Positions 1-11,147 of a stretch of 64,000 bases of DNA are shown piece by piece (positions within the stretch are counted from its first letter, which is position 1; every line of letters starts with the position of its first letter). The notes under the pieces are model-generated. The model was not told the origin of the DNA, did no database searches, and saw only the letters and a list, made by a program, of their open reading frames with translations. The DNA comes from Podarcis filfolensis (taxonomy: Eukaryota). The stretch lies in the NCBI GenBank assembly GCA_964270895.1, contig OZ185448.1; one strand, written 5' to 3'. The position numbers and the translations under genes are program-made.

Positions 1-691
1 CTCTCATTCTGAGCTCACTGCTTGGGGACCCGTCCACCTTTGCTGTGCTGGGTTTTCCCTCCATGCTCCTTATAGTAACTAACAAACATTGGTGATTAAT
101 TTCAGATTTTTGCAGTTGCTGCAGAAATACTATCTCAGCCAGAGAGCAGAGGAGAGCTGCGGGGGGAGAAGAGAGCGATTGGGAGGGGGGAGGATTTTTT
201 AATCAGTCTCCAGTGTAGTTACATCTTACATTAGGAAAGATCTCAGATGGGAAGGATAAAGAAGTTTGGAAATATTAAACTTTAATGAGCAGATCAGTCA
301 AACTTATTGCTGTATCAACAGTAAGCCGAGCCTCCAAGGGGAGCAAGGCCAGACTCTCCATCAATCTCGCCAGATAGGTATTGTCATTCACATTCAGCTC
401 TTATTACATTTACCTGTCTTGCGTGGGTGAAGGGACACATCGCAAGCAGGGCAGTTGCCAATGGGAAAGAGGCCAGTCAGGACCCCCCAGCTGTTCCCCC
501 TGAGCTCCAGCCTTGCTCCTCTCCTTTTCAAAGTCTAAGACCTGCTGCAACATCAAGCACACATCAGGATCCAGAAAACTTAAGTGCTCCTACCTAACTA
601 TAAAGAACTTGGGCCCTCCAGGGCCCATCTCATTTAAAACAACTTACAATCACAGAAATAAGGTGAGTCCTAAAACATCCACCTCAAGGGT

Positions 692-1044
692 CAAAGGTAA
701 AGGTAAAGGGACCCCTGACCATTAGGTCCAGTCGTGGCCAACTGTGGGGTTGCACGCTCATCTCGCTTTATTGGCCGAGGGAGCCGTGTTTGTCCGCAGA
801 CAGCTTCCGGGTCATGTGGCCAGCATGACTAAGCCACTTCTGGCGAACCAGAGCAGTGCACGGAAATGCCGTTTACCTTCCCACCAGAGCGGTACCTATT
901 TATCTACTTGCACTTGACGTGCTTTCGAACTGCTAGGTTGGCAGAGCAGGGACCGAGCAACGGGAGCTCACCCCATTGCAGGGATTCAAACTGTCAACCT
1001 TCTGTTCACAAGCCCTAGGCTCTGTGGTTTAGCCCACAGCGCCA
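692..1044 (-). mobile_element. Sauria SINE (Squam1), slightly 5'-truncated
   Basis: Reverse complement of the tRNA-like head GTGGCGCTGTGGG..AAACCACAGAGCCTAGG, the Sauria body and an (ACCTTT)n tail; carries the 10-bp TTTGTCCGCAGACA variant. Confidence 0.93.
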
Positions 1045-1194
1045 AAGGTGTGTTTTCACCTGGTGAAGGTGTCAGGTGCTGCTTTGGGTGGAGGAAGTTG
1101 CGTAACTTCAGAGCTGCTGCAGAGAATGCCTTCTCCTAAGCCACCAGAGTAGTGCTACTACCAAGATGGCCTCTCCTACCAATCTTAATACCTT

Positions 1195-1430
1195 AATACA
1201 TGAGAAGGTCTGCAGACAAATGAATGGGAAACAAGGCTATCCATGGCCACTAACACTGATGGCTATGTTCTGCCTCCACTGTCGGAGGCAGTATGCCTCT
1301 GAAATGCCACTATCTGGCAATCACAGGAGCAGAGAACATTGTTGCACACAGGTGCTGCTTGCGAGCTTCCCATTGGGGCATCTGGCTGGTCACTGGCCTT
1401 ATCCTGCAAGCACTTCTTATGTTCTTATAT
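1195..1430 (+). mobile_element. CR1-type LINE 3' UTR fragment
   Basis: Matches the sequence that follows the CR1 ORF2 C-terminus at 61090-61520; ends TTCTTATGTTCTTAT. Confidence 0.75.
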
Positions 1431-1504
1431 ACTTTGGAGGGTGAAGGGCAAAGTGGAAGGAGGAGGAGGAGGATAACCCCTTCTGTTAAGACAAGCTCAG
1501 GCCT

Positions 1505-1825
1505 AGGAACAAAATGTGGCCCTCTGGATTACTGGATCCAACCCGTAGGCCTGAGGCCACCATCCTTACCAGCCCTGGGTCACAGAATGTATCCTTGAAC
1601 TCTGATCATACCTCTTGCTACCTGTTTGTGTTTGTGTAGAGGAATGTAGAAAACCCTTGACTTTCACATGGCTGAAATGCCTGTGCAGAGATAAAGGTCA
1701 CATCTATTGCTTCATCCACTTTTTTGTCTTTGGCTCTGCCCATCTCTGAGATGCAGCTCCCAGAAACTCACCCATGTGGGAATGTGGCCCTTGGGCTGAC
1801 AAAAGAGGGTTCCCACCATTGCCTT
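1505..1825. mobile_element. Degenerate hAT-like MITE
   Basis: Shares AATGTGGCCCTC and TTTGGCTCTGCCC motifs and a GGTTCCCACC end with the copy at 24549-24903. Confidence 0.5.
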
Positions 1826-2439
1826 ATGTGACCTGTAGATAAACGACTTCTCTGTTCTTTAAGCCCCAAGGGATACCCTGCTCACCCTTAAACTGCTTGC
1901 CTAGTTCTTTGGGTAGAACTAGGCAAGCAGTAATAGAACTACCTACTGCAGAAGCCAGTGATGTGGACCAACTCCCACAGTGGCAGCATCACAACACGCA
2001 AAGGGCAGGACTGAGAGGTCCAGAACAACCCGCTACCTGCATGCTGCCAGGCCATTACATTACCAGTCCTATGTTCTGCAGTCTTTCCATATCATACCAG
2101 CTGAATCAGAGAGGATTTTAACCTCCAATTAAAGCTTTAGTGTATTAACCGCACCAATTAATCAATTAAAGCTTGCAGGCTTAATTAGCATGCCTCCCCT
2201 TAGTGTTCTGTCTAATAGCCATTGAGCATCTTCCATAGAAGCTCTTTCTGATTTCAGTGGGGAGTGCTTAGCAGGCAGCAGCCAGATTGGGGTCTGGAGT
2301 TGCCTCATTCAAGCTATTTCCCAAACGCTTTTGCTACATCTGCTTGCCACCCACACACCCCCATCCCGACCTTTTCTTTAAGAACAGGTGCTGCAAGGAA
2401 AGAAGAACGTTGTGGTTTTGCCGCTTGCAGTCTGAGTAA

Positions 2440-2625
2440 AGGCATACAAATGTAAGAAGAGCCTGGCTGCTGGATCAGGCCAACAGCCGATCTGGTCCAC
2501 AGCATCCTGTACTCACAGCGGCTGCCCAGATGCCCTGATGGGAAGCCAACAAGCAGGTCCTGAGCACAACAGAACTCTCCCTACCTGTAATTCCCAGCCA
2601 CCGGCCTGCAGAGGGATCCTACCTC
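2440..2625 (-). mobile_element. CR1-type LINE 3' UTR fragment
   Basis: AAGAAGAGCCTGGCTGCTGGATCAGGCC..GATCTGGTCCACAGCATCCTG, the reverse of the CR1 3' end. Confidence 0.7.
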
Positions 2626-2810
2626 TGACAATGGAGGGAGGGAGGAAAGAGATTCATGGAAGGTAGGAGGTCACCCTGGACTTCATGTGAGCATCAATCA
2701 ATGAAGTGCCAGTCAAAGTAGGAGGCCTAGGAGGCAGTGAGCATTCAGCAGGGATGCTTGCAAAGATGAGGCACCCCAGATTGGGATGAACACAGTCTTG
2801 TTCATATTCT
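2625..2810 (+). mobile_element. Possible Gypsy-type LTR fragment
   Basis: Purine-rich GAGG/GGAGG composition resembling 11148-12143 and 47287-47700. Confidence 0.3.
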
Positions 2811-3319
2811 TGTTAAGAGGGCTGGATTTCTCCTGCTCCTGTGAACTGCACCCATCACTCCCCTAAGGAAAGGGGCACCATCTCTGCAGAGCCATAGAGG
2901 CCAAGCCCCCACCCCAATTTTCAATGAAAACCTGATGGAGCCCTTCACTGCAGCAGGAGGGCCCCCGGCTGACGTGCTGTGGCAGGCCCTGTCGGGCTTT
3001 TTGGAGGGCATGGCAGGCTCTGTCAGGCCTCCTCCCACCATTTGATGCCATGTGCATGCAACGGGCACCCACAATGTTGGGCAGAACCCGGCGTGCCTGT
3101 CCCCAAGCGTCCCCCAGAAACTTCAGTTGGAGAAAGGGGAGCACAGAGGTAGAGGCAGCTGTGTGTGTTTCTGCCCCACAGTGGAGCATCATTTCCCACT
3201 TCAAAGTGTGCTAGAATGAAAAATCTGAGAACCAGCAAATGACAAAAGCAACAGCAGCAAAAGTGAGAAGGTGAAATGCAAAATCTGAGAGTGGCATTCA
3301 GATGAGAAGAACTTTTCTG

Positions 3320-3440
3320 GACAAAAGAGGAGGCTGCTGGATCAGGCCAATGGCCCATCTTGTCTAACACCCAGTGGCCACCCTATAGGAAATTGTCAGG
3401 CAGGACCCAAGCACTCTCCCCTCCTATGCTTTTCAGGATG
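3320..3440 (-). mobile_element. CR1-type LINE 3' UTR fragment
   Basis: GCTGCTGGATCAGGCCAATGGCCCATCT..AAGCACTCTCCCCTCC. Confidence 0.65.
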
Positions 3441-3965
3441 GGGGCAGAGGTCTGGTACTTCTTTCCCTGCCCCAGATAAATTAATGGGGTGTTTCACCCT
3501 CTGCTTCATTTCTGGCTGCTTCAGGGGCAGTGAGACCTCCTGGCCAAGTAATATTGACTCCAGGTCACTATCCAGTGAATCACAAGAGGACCCTGTTATT
3601 ACCAGCTGCCCTGAAGAGTTTGAGTCTTCTAGCAAGAGGGGTTGTCCCTTGACATCCAAGCCTTGGCACTTAAACTCACATATTAATTGCCAGCTTAAGG
3701 AATTACACATTCCTATTCTGTTGATTTCTGAGATGGAGAGAAGTAATTATCTCCCTGGATATAAAACAGAAAATCTATGGAACTTGAGGGTGCTAGAAAA
3801 TTAGCCAAGCTTAATAAAGATATTCATGCTCAGCTTGACAGAGAGGCAATATATCAAGGGAGGCGAATGCTTTCCTTTGGAAACCAAGCTTGCATCTTGT
3901 TTGTTTCAAATGAAGTAAAGCTGCTTTACTTTAGGAATTTGAGGGGAAATATCTGTGGTGCTGAA

Positions 3966-4320
3966 GGGACATGGGTGGCACTGTGAGTTAAACCACAGAG
4001 CCTAGGACTTGCCGATTAGAAGGTCGGCGGTTCGAATCCCCGCGACAGGGTGAGCTCCCGTTCCTCGGTCCCAGCTCCTGCCAACCTAGCAGTTCGAAAG
4101 CACGTCAAAGTTCAAGTAGATAAATAGGTACCGCTCCGGCGGGAAGGTAAACGGCGTTTCTGTGCACTGCTCTGGTTCGCCTGAAGTGGCTTAGTCATGC
4201 TGGCCACATGACCCGGAAGCTGTACACCGGCTCCCTCGGCCAATAAAGCGAGATGAGTGCCGCAACCCCAGAGTCAGCCACAACTGGACCTAATGGTCAG
4301 GGGTCCCTTTACCTTTACTT
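3966..4320 (+). mobile_element. Sauria SINE, full length
   Basis: GGGAC start, GTTCGAATCC B-box, ACCTTT tail; 13-bp TSD ATCT(G/A)TGGTGCTG at 3951-3963 and 4321-4333. Confidence 0.96.
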
Positions 4321-5380
4321 ATCTATGGTGCTGGCTGTAGCAGGTATGTGGGGGCAGGGGAAGGAAGCAATACTAAAGCTATCCAAATCTGGTGAGGAGA
4401 AAAGAAGAAATCATTGTCCTATATGCATCATGCAAATTGGCCATATTTGTTTATTTTCTCCTATTTTTCATAATTTATTCTAACTTTGCTAGTCAAGAGG
4501 GAGGAGTGGAGCACTGTAACCTCAGGCCCTCTTATTTCAACCATTCCTCTGGCATCTTACGCAGCTTACTTTTCAGGAATATCTTCTCATCCATGAGGTC
4601 TAGAAGCTTGTTTTTAGACATAGCAATAGTAAAGCTTTGGGTTCTTGGGAAGTTGAATTCTGTGCCCATTCCCAAACATATTCCACTCTTCCCCAGCACT
4701 CCATTAGAACTGTGGTGCTTACACAGAACCCTGGCCATATGGTTCCCCATTAGAGCTGCATGTGACAGACAGAAATCCAACAGATGAAGCTTTCTCCAGC
4801 CTGCAGGTTCAGGTGCAGGTGAGTTGGGGGCATTCTGAATTTCTGCATGCTGACCTCCCATGAAATGTGCAAGAGCAGCGCTCAAAATAAAGCTGGTACC
4901 CTTAATAGGATCAGGCCTTATTTGTGAGTGGTCACAAACAAGCAAGGAACATGCACACAAGCTTGCTTAATATACAGCTGTGGATATAAAATTGGTATAT
5001 GCAGAAAATAGATATTCTGCTTACTGGATCTTTTCTGCCAGCCTTGGGAACGCAGGTTGAATCATGCCATGCCTGGTGCAGTCTGTGTCTCTTTTCTGTT
5101 TTATTGGGTGGGATGCAAAGCTGCCCTGTTTTCTCCTCTGGAACCCTGGCTTCTGACCTCTACCAATACTGCCCTTCTCACTGAAAACTGCAAAAGCAAC
5201 AGAGCAGCTCTGAAATTAGTATCCCGAGGCCTCCTCAGCTTAATTTATGCTCCTATACAGTGTCAGTAATTACTGGGGTCAGCCCCTCAATTCATCTCCA
5301 TTTAGCCAGTCATAACAGAAACTACCCCCATATTAGAAGGCTATAATCAAAAGCCTAATCCTAAAGTCTTCTTCCTTGTA

Positions 5381-5622
5381 CAGTGGTACCTCGGGTTAAG
5401 TACTTAATTTGTTCTGGAGGTCCATTCTTAACCTGAAACTGTTCTTAACCTGAAGCACCACTTTAGCTGATGCAGCCTCCCGCTGTCGTCATGCCGCCAG
5501 TGCGCGATTTCTGTTCTGATCCTGAAGCAAAGTTCTTAACCCGAGGCACTATTTCTGGGTTAGCAGAGTCTGTAACCTGAAGCATATGTAACCCGAAGCG
5601 TATGTAATCCGAGGTACCACTG
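5381..5622 (+). mobile_element. Tigger/pogo-like (Tc1/mariner) MITE
   Basis: TIRs CAGTGGTACCTCGGGTTA..ATCCGAGGTACCACTG flanked by TA..TA. Confidence 0.92.
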
Positions 5623-5649
5623 TACTGCCTAATACAGCCCAGTTTAGGG

Positions 5650-5775
5650 AAGTTTTTAATGTTTGAGGTTTTATTCTGTTTTTAATCTGTTAGGAGCCAT
5701 GCAGAGTGGCTGAGGAAACCCAGCCGGGTGGGCGGGGTATAAATAAATTATTATTATTATTATTATTATTATTAC
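5650..5775 (+). mobile_element. L2-type LINE 3' end with (ATT)n tail
   Basis: CAGAGTGGCTGAGGAAACCCAGCC..GGGCGGGGTATAAATAAATT(ATT)n, the same end as the L2 copy at 18345-18670. Confidence 0.75.
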
Positions 5776-5944
5776 TCCTTGCAGTCAGTCTCTGGTTTTG
5801 CAAACCCTGAGGTCCATCAAGGGTGCTCTCTTGATAATGCCGCCTATGGGTTATTTCCAGTGTTATCCACAGTCACATCAAAATTAATGGACCTGTCTAA
5901 GTTTGGCCCATTAATTTCAGGGGGCCTACTTTGAATATAACTCA

Positions 5945-6262
5945 GGCAACTTTCACATCATACAGTGAAAGTGCTATATGACCTCTGCAAACTGTCAGGG
6001 TTTTTCCTCCAAAGAATTCTGGGAGCTGTAGTATGTTAAGAGTGCTAATAGGTGTTAGGAGGCCCCTATCCCCTTCAATTTCCCGAGTTCCGTGTGAGGA
6101 GCAATGGATGGTTAAAACACTTTGGAAATTGCAGCTCTGGGAGGGGGAAAGAAGTCTCCTAGCAACTCACATCACCCTTAACTCTCATGCTACCCTTTGG
6201 GGAAGGCATGATAGTTTAAAGCAGCATCATAGTCCTTTGACTGAATGAGGCCTTAGTTGGAT
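5945..6262. mobile_element. Foldback MITE (possibly PIF/Harbinger-like), degenerate
   Basis: Shares the CCAAAGAATTCTGGGAGCTGTAG..AAGAGTGCT core with 34964-35287, 42517-42740 and 51725-52040. Confidence 0.6.
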
Positions 6263-6304
6263 GCAATCCTCTGGGTCAAGTTCAAGTACAAAGTACATGA
6301 TCCA

Positions 6305-6929
6305 TCCAAGACACAAGATTTACCCACTTTGGAAGAATGGCAGATAAAGATGATGGACTATATGGGATTGGCAGAAATGACTGGCAGAATCCGGGACCAG
6401 GGAGAAGAGGCGGTGGAAGAAGATTGGAAGAAATTTAAAGACTATCTACAGAAATATTGCAAAATTAATGAATGTTAGAATGATGTTGGATAGAAATTAA
6501 GTGGTTTCCAGCTGTAATGCTTTAAGAATATGGAAGAAGGGTATAATTAGGTAAAAAAAAAAAACTAAAATGGTGTTAGATTGGAAATAAGTGGTATTAG
6601 TAACAAAGTTAATAAGAATATGCAAAAAAGAATTGATAATGGATGAAAATACTGAGTTATAAAATGTCAAGTTATAGATAAGATAAGATAAATGAAAGAG
6701 GGTAAGGATTTGCTGATTTGATTATTTAAATGGGAATACAAGAAGGGGAGGTGTGAGGAAGCCAAAGAAACAAGCAAATGAGTTTTAAATTATGAAAAAG
6801 AATTGTTTTTAAATTTTTGTATCTTTTTTTTGTGTGTGTTTACTCTTATTTTTTTCCTGTTTTTTTATTATGTGTTTTTGCATATCTGTTTTTTGTAAAA
6901 TCTTAATAAATATTTCTTAAAAAAAAAAA
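6305..6929 (+). mobile_element. 5'-truncated L1-type LINE (ORF2 C-terminus, 3' UTR, poly-A)
   Basis: Translates LPTLEEWQIKMMDYMGLAEMTGRIR..WKKFKDYL*; AATAAA then A12; 17-bp TSD ACAAAGTACA(T/C)GATCCA at 6288-6304 and 6930-6946. Confidence 0.9.
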
Positions 6930-7033
6930 ACAAAGTACACGATCCAGGGATTGTCAGGGTTCTTTCCCTCCATGTCTTCTCTCCTCCCCCTCCCCCTCCC
7001 CCTCCCCCTGCATAGACCTGAGTTTTAACTCTA

Positions 7034-7246
7034 CAGTGGTACCTCAGGTTAAGTACTTAATTCGTTCCGGAGGTCCGTTCTTAGCCTGAAACTGTTCTTA
7101 ACCTGATGCACCACTTTAGCAAATGCCGCCGTGCTGCCATAGCACGATTTTTGTTCTCATCCGGAAGCAGAGTTCTTAACCCAAGGTACTATTTCTGGGT
7201 TAGCGGAGTCTGTAACCTGAAGCGTATGTAACCCGAGGTACCACTG
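7034..7246 (+). mobile_element. Tigger/pogo-like MITE
   Basis: TA-CAGTGGTACCTCAGGTTA..TAACCCGAGGTACCACTG-TA. Confidence 0.93.
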
Positions 7247-7499
7247 TATTTTGCAGGAGGGTGATCTGGACATTGCAGTTTGCTCTGGTCAAATTTCAAG
7301 ATAATGGGTTGTAGCCAAGTAAGTTCCATTCAGAGTAGTACTATTGAAATGCATAAACCTACACCAGCCACGTATGGGAATTCAAATGAGTCTACATGGA
7401 GTAAGGTAAGCTGCTTGTGGGCACCAACTACTTACCAGCATGCAACACCTTGATTGCCCTGGCTGCCAATCTGCTACCAGGTCGAGTGCAAGGGTTTGG

Positions 7500-7890
7500 T
7501 ACTAACATGGATGGTCCTACACAGCTCAGGACCGTGATGCTTGAAAGACAGCCTTGTCCCTTATATATCCAGTAGGTCACTGCATTCTGCAGGAGAGTTT
7601 CTCCTTCAAGTCCCCAAAAGATCAGAAGCCCACTCCACAGTGACTCAGAGCAGGGCTCACAGTGTGCCTGCCCCTGTTCTGTGGAACAGCATCTCTGTTG
7701 AGATGTGACAGGTGTCTACTGTCTGCACATTCTTAAAACGGCCCAATACATTTTTGTTTTGACATGCTTTTCCAGTTGTATGAGGTGTACATTTTTCTTT
7801 TAAACCTATTACAATGGGGGGTTTTGGTAGTGTTTTTACAACTACTTTAGCTGCTTTTATATGTTAGTAAATTGCCATGAAGCTAATATA
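7500..7890 (+). mobile_element. Old L2 LINE 3' fragment
   Basis: Degenerate ORF2 end RAHSVPAPVLWNSISVEM (cf. L2 RAFSV.AP.LWN.LP), followed by a T-rich tail. Confidence 0.6.
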
Positions 7891-8767
7891 GAAAGTGAAT
7901 CCTAAATTGGCAAAGTAAAGGCATACTGCCTCTGAGTGGACATAGTGCAAAAACATCTGGACACCACTGGATTGGGGATAGTTGCACTAGCTGCTTTGCA
8001 AACAGAATCCTGGATTCAGTAGTCCTTTTGTCCAAACAGGAGAGGGCTTAATTCTCCCAGGCAATGCCAAGCAACACCTTTTTGAAAGCGATTTGGCCAT
8101 CAGATGGAAAAGTCAGATGTAACCTTAACAGCTTCTTTGCACTGCAATGGGCACAGAAATAATTGCAAAATTCCTGATACAGTTTCTAAAATCTACGTAA
8201 ATATTGTGTTTGGTTTTTGTATGTGAGCTGGATTGTTTTTGATTCTGGGTCTTTTGTAATAAGTGCACATCACACTGTTCACCTGCAGGGGGGGTGTTTG
8301 CTTTGGGAACTGTGCTAACTTTGCTGCCAGGAGTCATTTCTCTTCACTGGATTCACAGTGAGTGTCACGGCGAAGTTTAAAGACAGATATATTGATTGCC
8401 TGAGCTCCCGCTTTGAAAAGACAAATACTGTAACAATTGCTGCCAGTCTGGTTCGTGTTGGAGCTTTCCAGCCCTTGTGTTCGACAAGCAACACATTGCA
8501 AATTGCTTCTTGTGCCGCGTGGCAGATTGCAGATCTTGAAGGCAATTTATTGGGCCCTAAGCCCTGTGCTGCTAGCTCCAGGTATTCAGATGGAGCTTTG
8601 GGCTTGTGTTTCTCAAGCAGCCACTCCCCAAGCCATATGGCAGAACACGTACGAAACCGCGTGGACTCTATTTGTTGCATTGTGTTGGGAATAAACAGTT
8701 CCAACCATAACATTCCCAACAATTCACAGAGAGAAGCAGCAACAGCAAGGATGGGAATCTACTGAGA

Positions 8768-8905
8768 CCATAGTCAAGCAGAAGGTTCAATCCCAGGTTC
8801 AAACGCCCTGCCTGAAATCCTGGAGAGCCGCTGCCAGTCAGTGTAGGCAATGCTGAGCTAGGTGGACCAGTGGTGTGACTTAGTACAAGGCAGCTTCCTA
8901 TGTCC
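8768..8905 (+). mobile_element. tRNA-Ala-derived SINE (Squam2-like), partial
   Basis: GCCTGAAATCCTGGAGAGCCGCTGCCAGTCAGTGTAG..AAGGCAGCTTCCTATGT body and tail. Confidence 0.8.
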
Positions 8906-8949
8906 ATAATCTTGCATGTGTTCACCCCTAATCCAGGGATTATGGAACT

Positions 8950-9072
8950 CATAGAATCATAGAATTGTATCCCTGAGGATAATCTAGTCCCTAGCAATGA
9001 AGGAATCCATACGGGGATCAAACCTGCAACCTCAGCATTATCTACACCATGCACTAACCAACTGAGCTATCT
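8950..9072 (-). mobile_element. tRNA-Ile-derived SINE with CR1 octamer tail
   Basis: Reverse strand TAGCTCAGTTGGTTAGTGCATGGTG..ATAATGCTGAGGTTGCAGGTTTGATCCCCGTA resembles tRNA-Ile(AAT) with mostly CpG-decay changes; ends (ATTCTATG)2. Confidence 0.75.
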
Positions 9073-9078
9073 AACAAG

Positions 9079-9188
9079 AGGGAAAGACTGTCACTCAGTA
9101 GTAGAGCATCTGCTTTGCATTCCACAAACCCTAGGTTCAATACCCAGCAAAGCTGGGCAGGTCTGGGGAAAGACTTTCTGACTGAAAC
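9079..9188 (+). mobile_element. tRNA-Ala-derived SINE, 5' part
   Basis: CTCAGTAGTAGAGCATCTGCTTTGCAT..AGGTTCAATACCCAGCA. Confidence 0.75.
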
Positions 9189-9546
9189 AGCAATAGATAC
9201 ATTTTTATCCTGGACAGGGCCTTGTTTCGTTATTCCATTCCCCCCCCCCCCCGAACGGAAGATTTCAGGAAATCTAGCTCATTGGTCATCAGCCTGCTGA
9301 ATGATTGGGAATCTGCAGCGCTTGGGCTTGTTTCATATGGAGGAATAGGAATGGGGGGGGACACAAAGTGAGAGGGTAACAGAAAGAGAAACAGAGAAAA
9401 AGTGTGAGAAAGAGAGAAAAATGGGAGGCAGAGGCAGAAAAAAGGGTGGCTGCACCTACTTTTGACTTTGACCCACCTCCCTTTGTCTGCATTCATTCCA
9501 TGAAAGGAGCACTGGTTAATCAGTAGGAAAAGGCAACTTGCACATA

Positions 9547-9788
9547 CAGTGGTACCTCGGGTTAAGAACTTAATTCGTTCCGGAGGTCCGTACTTAACCT
9601 GAAACTGTTCTTAACCTGAAGCACCATTTTAGCTAATGGGGCCTCCTGCTGCTGCTGCACTGCCGCTGCACGATTTCTGTTCACATCCTGAAGCAAAGTT
9701 CTTAACCCGAGGTAATATTTCTGAGTTAGCGGAGTCTGTAACCTGAAGCGTATGTAACCTGAAGTGTATGTAACCTGAGGTATCACTG
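9547..9788 (+). mobile_element. Tigger/pogo-like MITE
   Basis: TA-CAGTGGTACCTCGGGTTA..TAACCTGAGGTATCACTG-TA. Confidence 0.93.
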
Positions 9789-9862
9789 TACCTAGAGGTC
9801 CAACCTTCTTGAATCTTGTTTCTCCCAAGTCCACACCCCTCATCAGCCCTGCTTCACACCCT

Positions 9863-10459
9863 ACGATATGATACGATACGATACGATATCTTTATTGTCA
9901 TTGTCCCTTGCAGAACAATGAAATTGAAACTACATTAAACTACATAAAACTACATTAAAACTACATAAAACTACCAGAAAACTACATAAAACTACATAAA
10001 AGCTACATAAAACTGCTACAAAACTACATAAAAATTCAAAAACCCCTAAAAAAACTCTAAAACCCCATTTTAAAAAACACTATACTACAGAGACCCCTTA
10101 TGCTGCGTTTAGAACCAGAATTGCATTAGCGTAGAAACTGTTTTTCAGGCAGCTAGTCCTGGCCTTTATAACCCTATACCTTCTTCCAGAAGGCAGAAGC
10201 TGAAAGAGATCATTTCCGGGGTGCATACTATCATGTGCTATCTCTGCCGCTTTCTTATGGCACCTGGCAGCATAGATTTGATCTAAGGTGGGAAGAGTGC
10301 ACCCAATAATTCTCTCTGCAGTCTTTACAACCCTGGATAGCATTGTTTTTTCCCTGGCCGTGCAGCTCCCAAACCACACGCACAGACCATAAGTTAGTAC
10401 GCTCTCCACAGTGCAATGGTAGAATGCCATCAACAGGTCCTTTGAGAGATTGTGTTGTT
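9863..10459 (-). mobile_element. Rex1/Babar LINE, 5'-truncated
   Basis: Uninterrupted ORF end FYHCTVESVLTYGLCVWFGSC..LSRVVKTAERIIG..HPGNDLFQLLPSGRRYR..LKNSFYANAILVLN* is a typical Rex1 C-terminus; 3' (TATCG)n microsatellite. Confidence 0.92.
9925..10035. repeat. Minisatellite (AAAACTACAT-like unit) in the Rex1 3' UTR
   Basis: About ten imperfect 10-11 bp copies visible. Confidence 0.9.
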
Positions 10460-11147
10460 GTTTTTCCTGGCTGGAATGTGTCCTTGAACTCTGATAATGC
10501 TTCTTGCTTGTCTGGTGTGTGTGTGCAGAAACAAGCCTACTGTACCGAGGTAAAACTTGCATTCATTACTCTGCCCACCTTTGCCTCTGACCTCACCCAT
10601 GTGGCTCCCAGAAGTTTGCCTTGAAAGGAATGTGGCCCTCAAAGAGAAAAAGATACACTGCGCACATTTAATATGAGCCTGGGTTACCTAATCCAATAAC
10701 ATCCATCCCACCCAACAGAGGGCAGTGGAGCACATCACACAAGGGAGGGTGGCCCTCCCATTGCTTGTTGACTACAAAATCCTGATGGCCAGAAATCCTG
10801 CCACTGCCCCTTCACTGAGTAGCATAATCCACATCTAACGCTTTCTAACCAAAAGACACTTAAGCATGAATTGCCTTGCTTCAGCAGCATAAGAATACTT
10901 GCAATTATGACGATGCCTTTTGAGTGTTCAAAGCATGTTGCATTCCTGATCTTAGGAATCCTTACAATAATCCTGTTTGAGTGGGATGTGCTATTGTCTT
11001 TTTATGACAAACGAAGAGGAGAGGGCTGCGGCTCCTTTCTTTTTTTCCGAGGGGGTGGTTGTGCACTCATGCTTCAATGCCAATGTTTCACTGTGCCTTT
11101 CTGTTGCCGATTCCAGTTGTCTCAATTGTGACATATTTTATTCTCTG

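Larger units (their letters stand above)
9790..10655. mobile_element. hAT-like MITE split by the Rex1 insertion
   Basis: Left part AGCCCTGCTTCACACCCT (9845-9862) and right part TTTTCCTGGCTGGAATGTGTCC..GAATGTGGCCCTC (10460-10655) are near-contiguous in related copies (24549-24903; 20870-20910). Confidence 0.6.

Noticed and set aside
10098-10562. 154-aa ORF as a host gene
   Set aside because: The C-terminal ~117 aa are Rex1 ORF; the N-terminal part is read-through into the flanking MITE.
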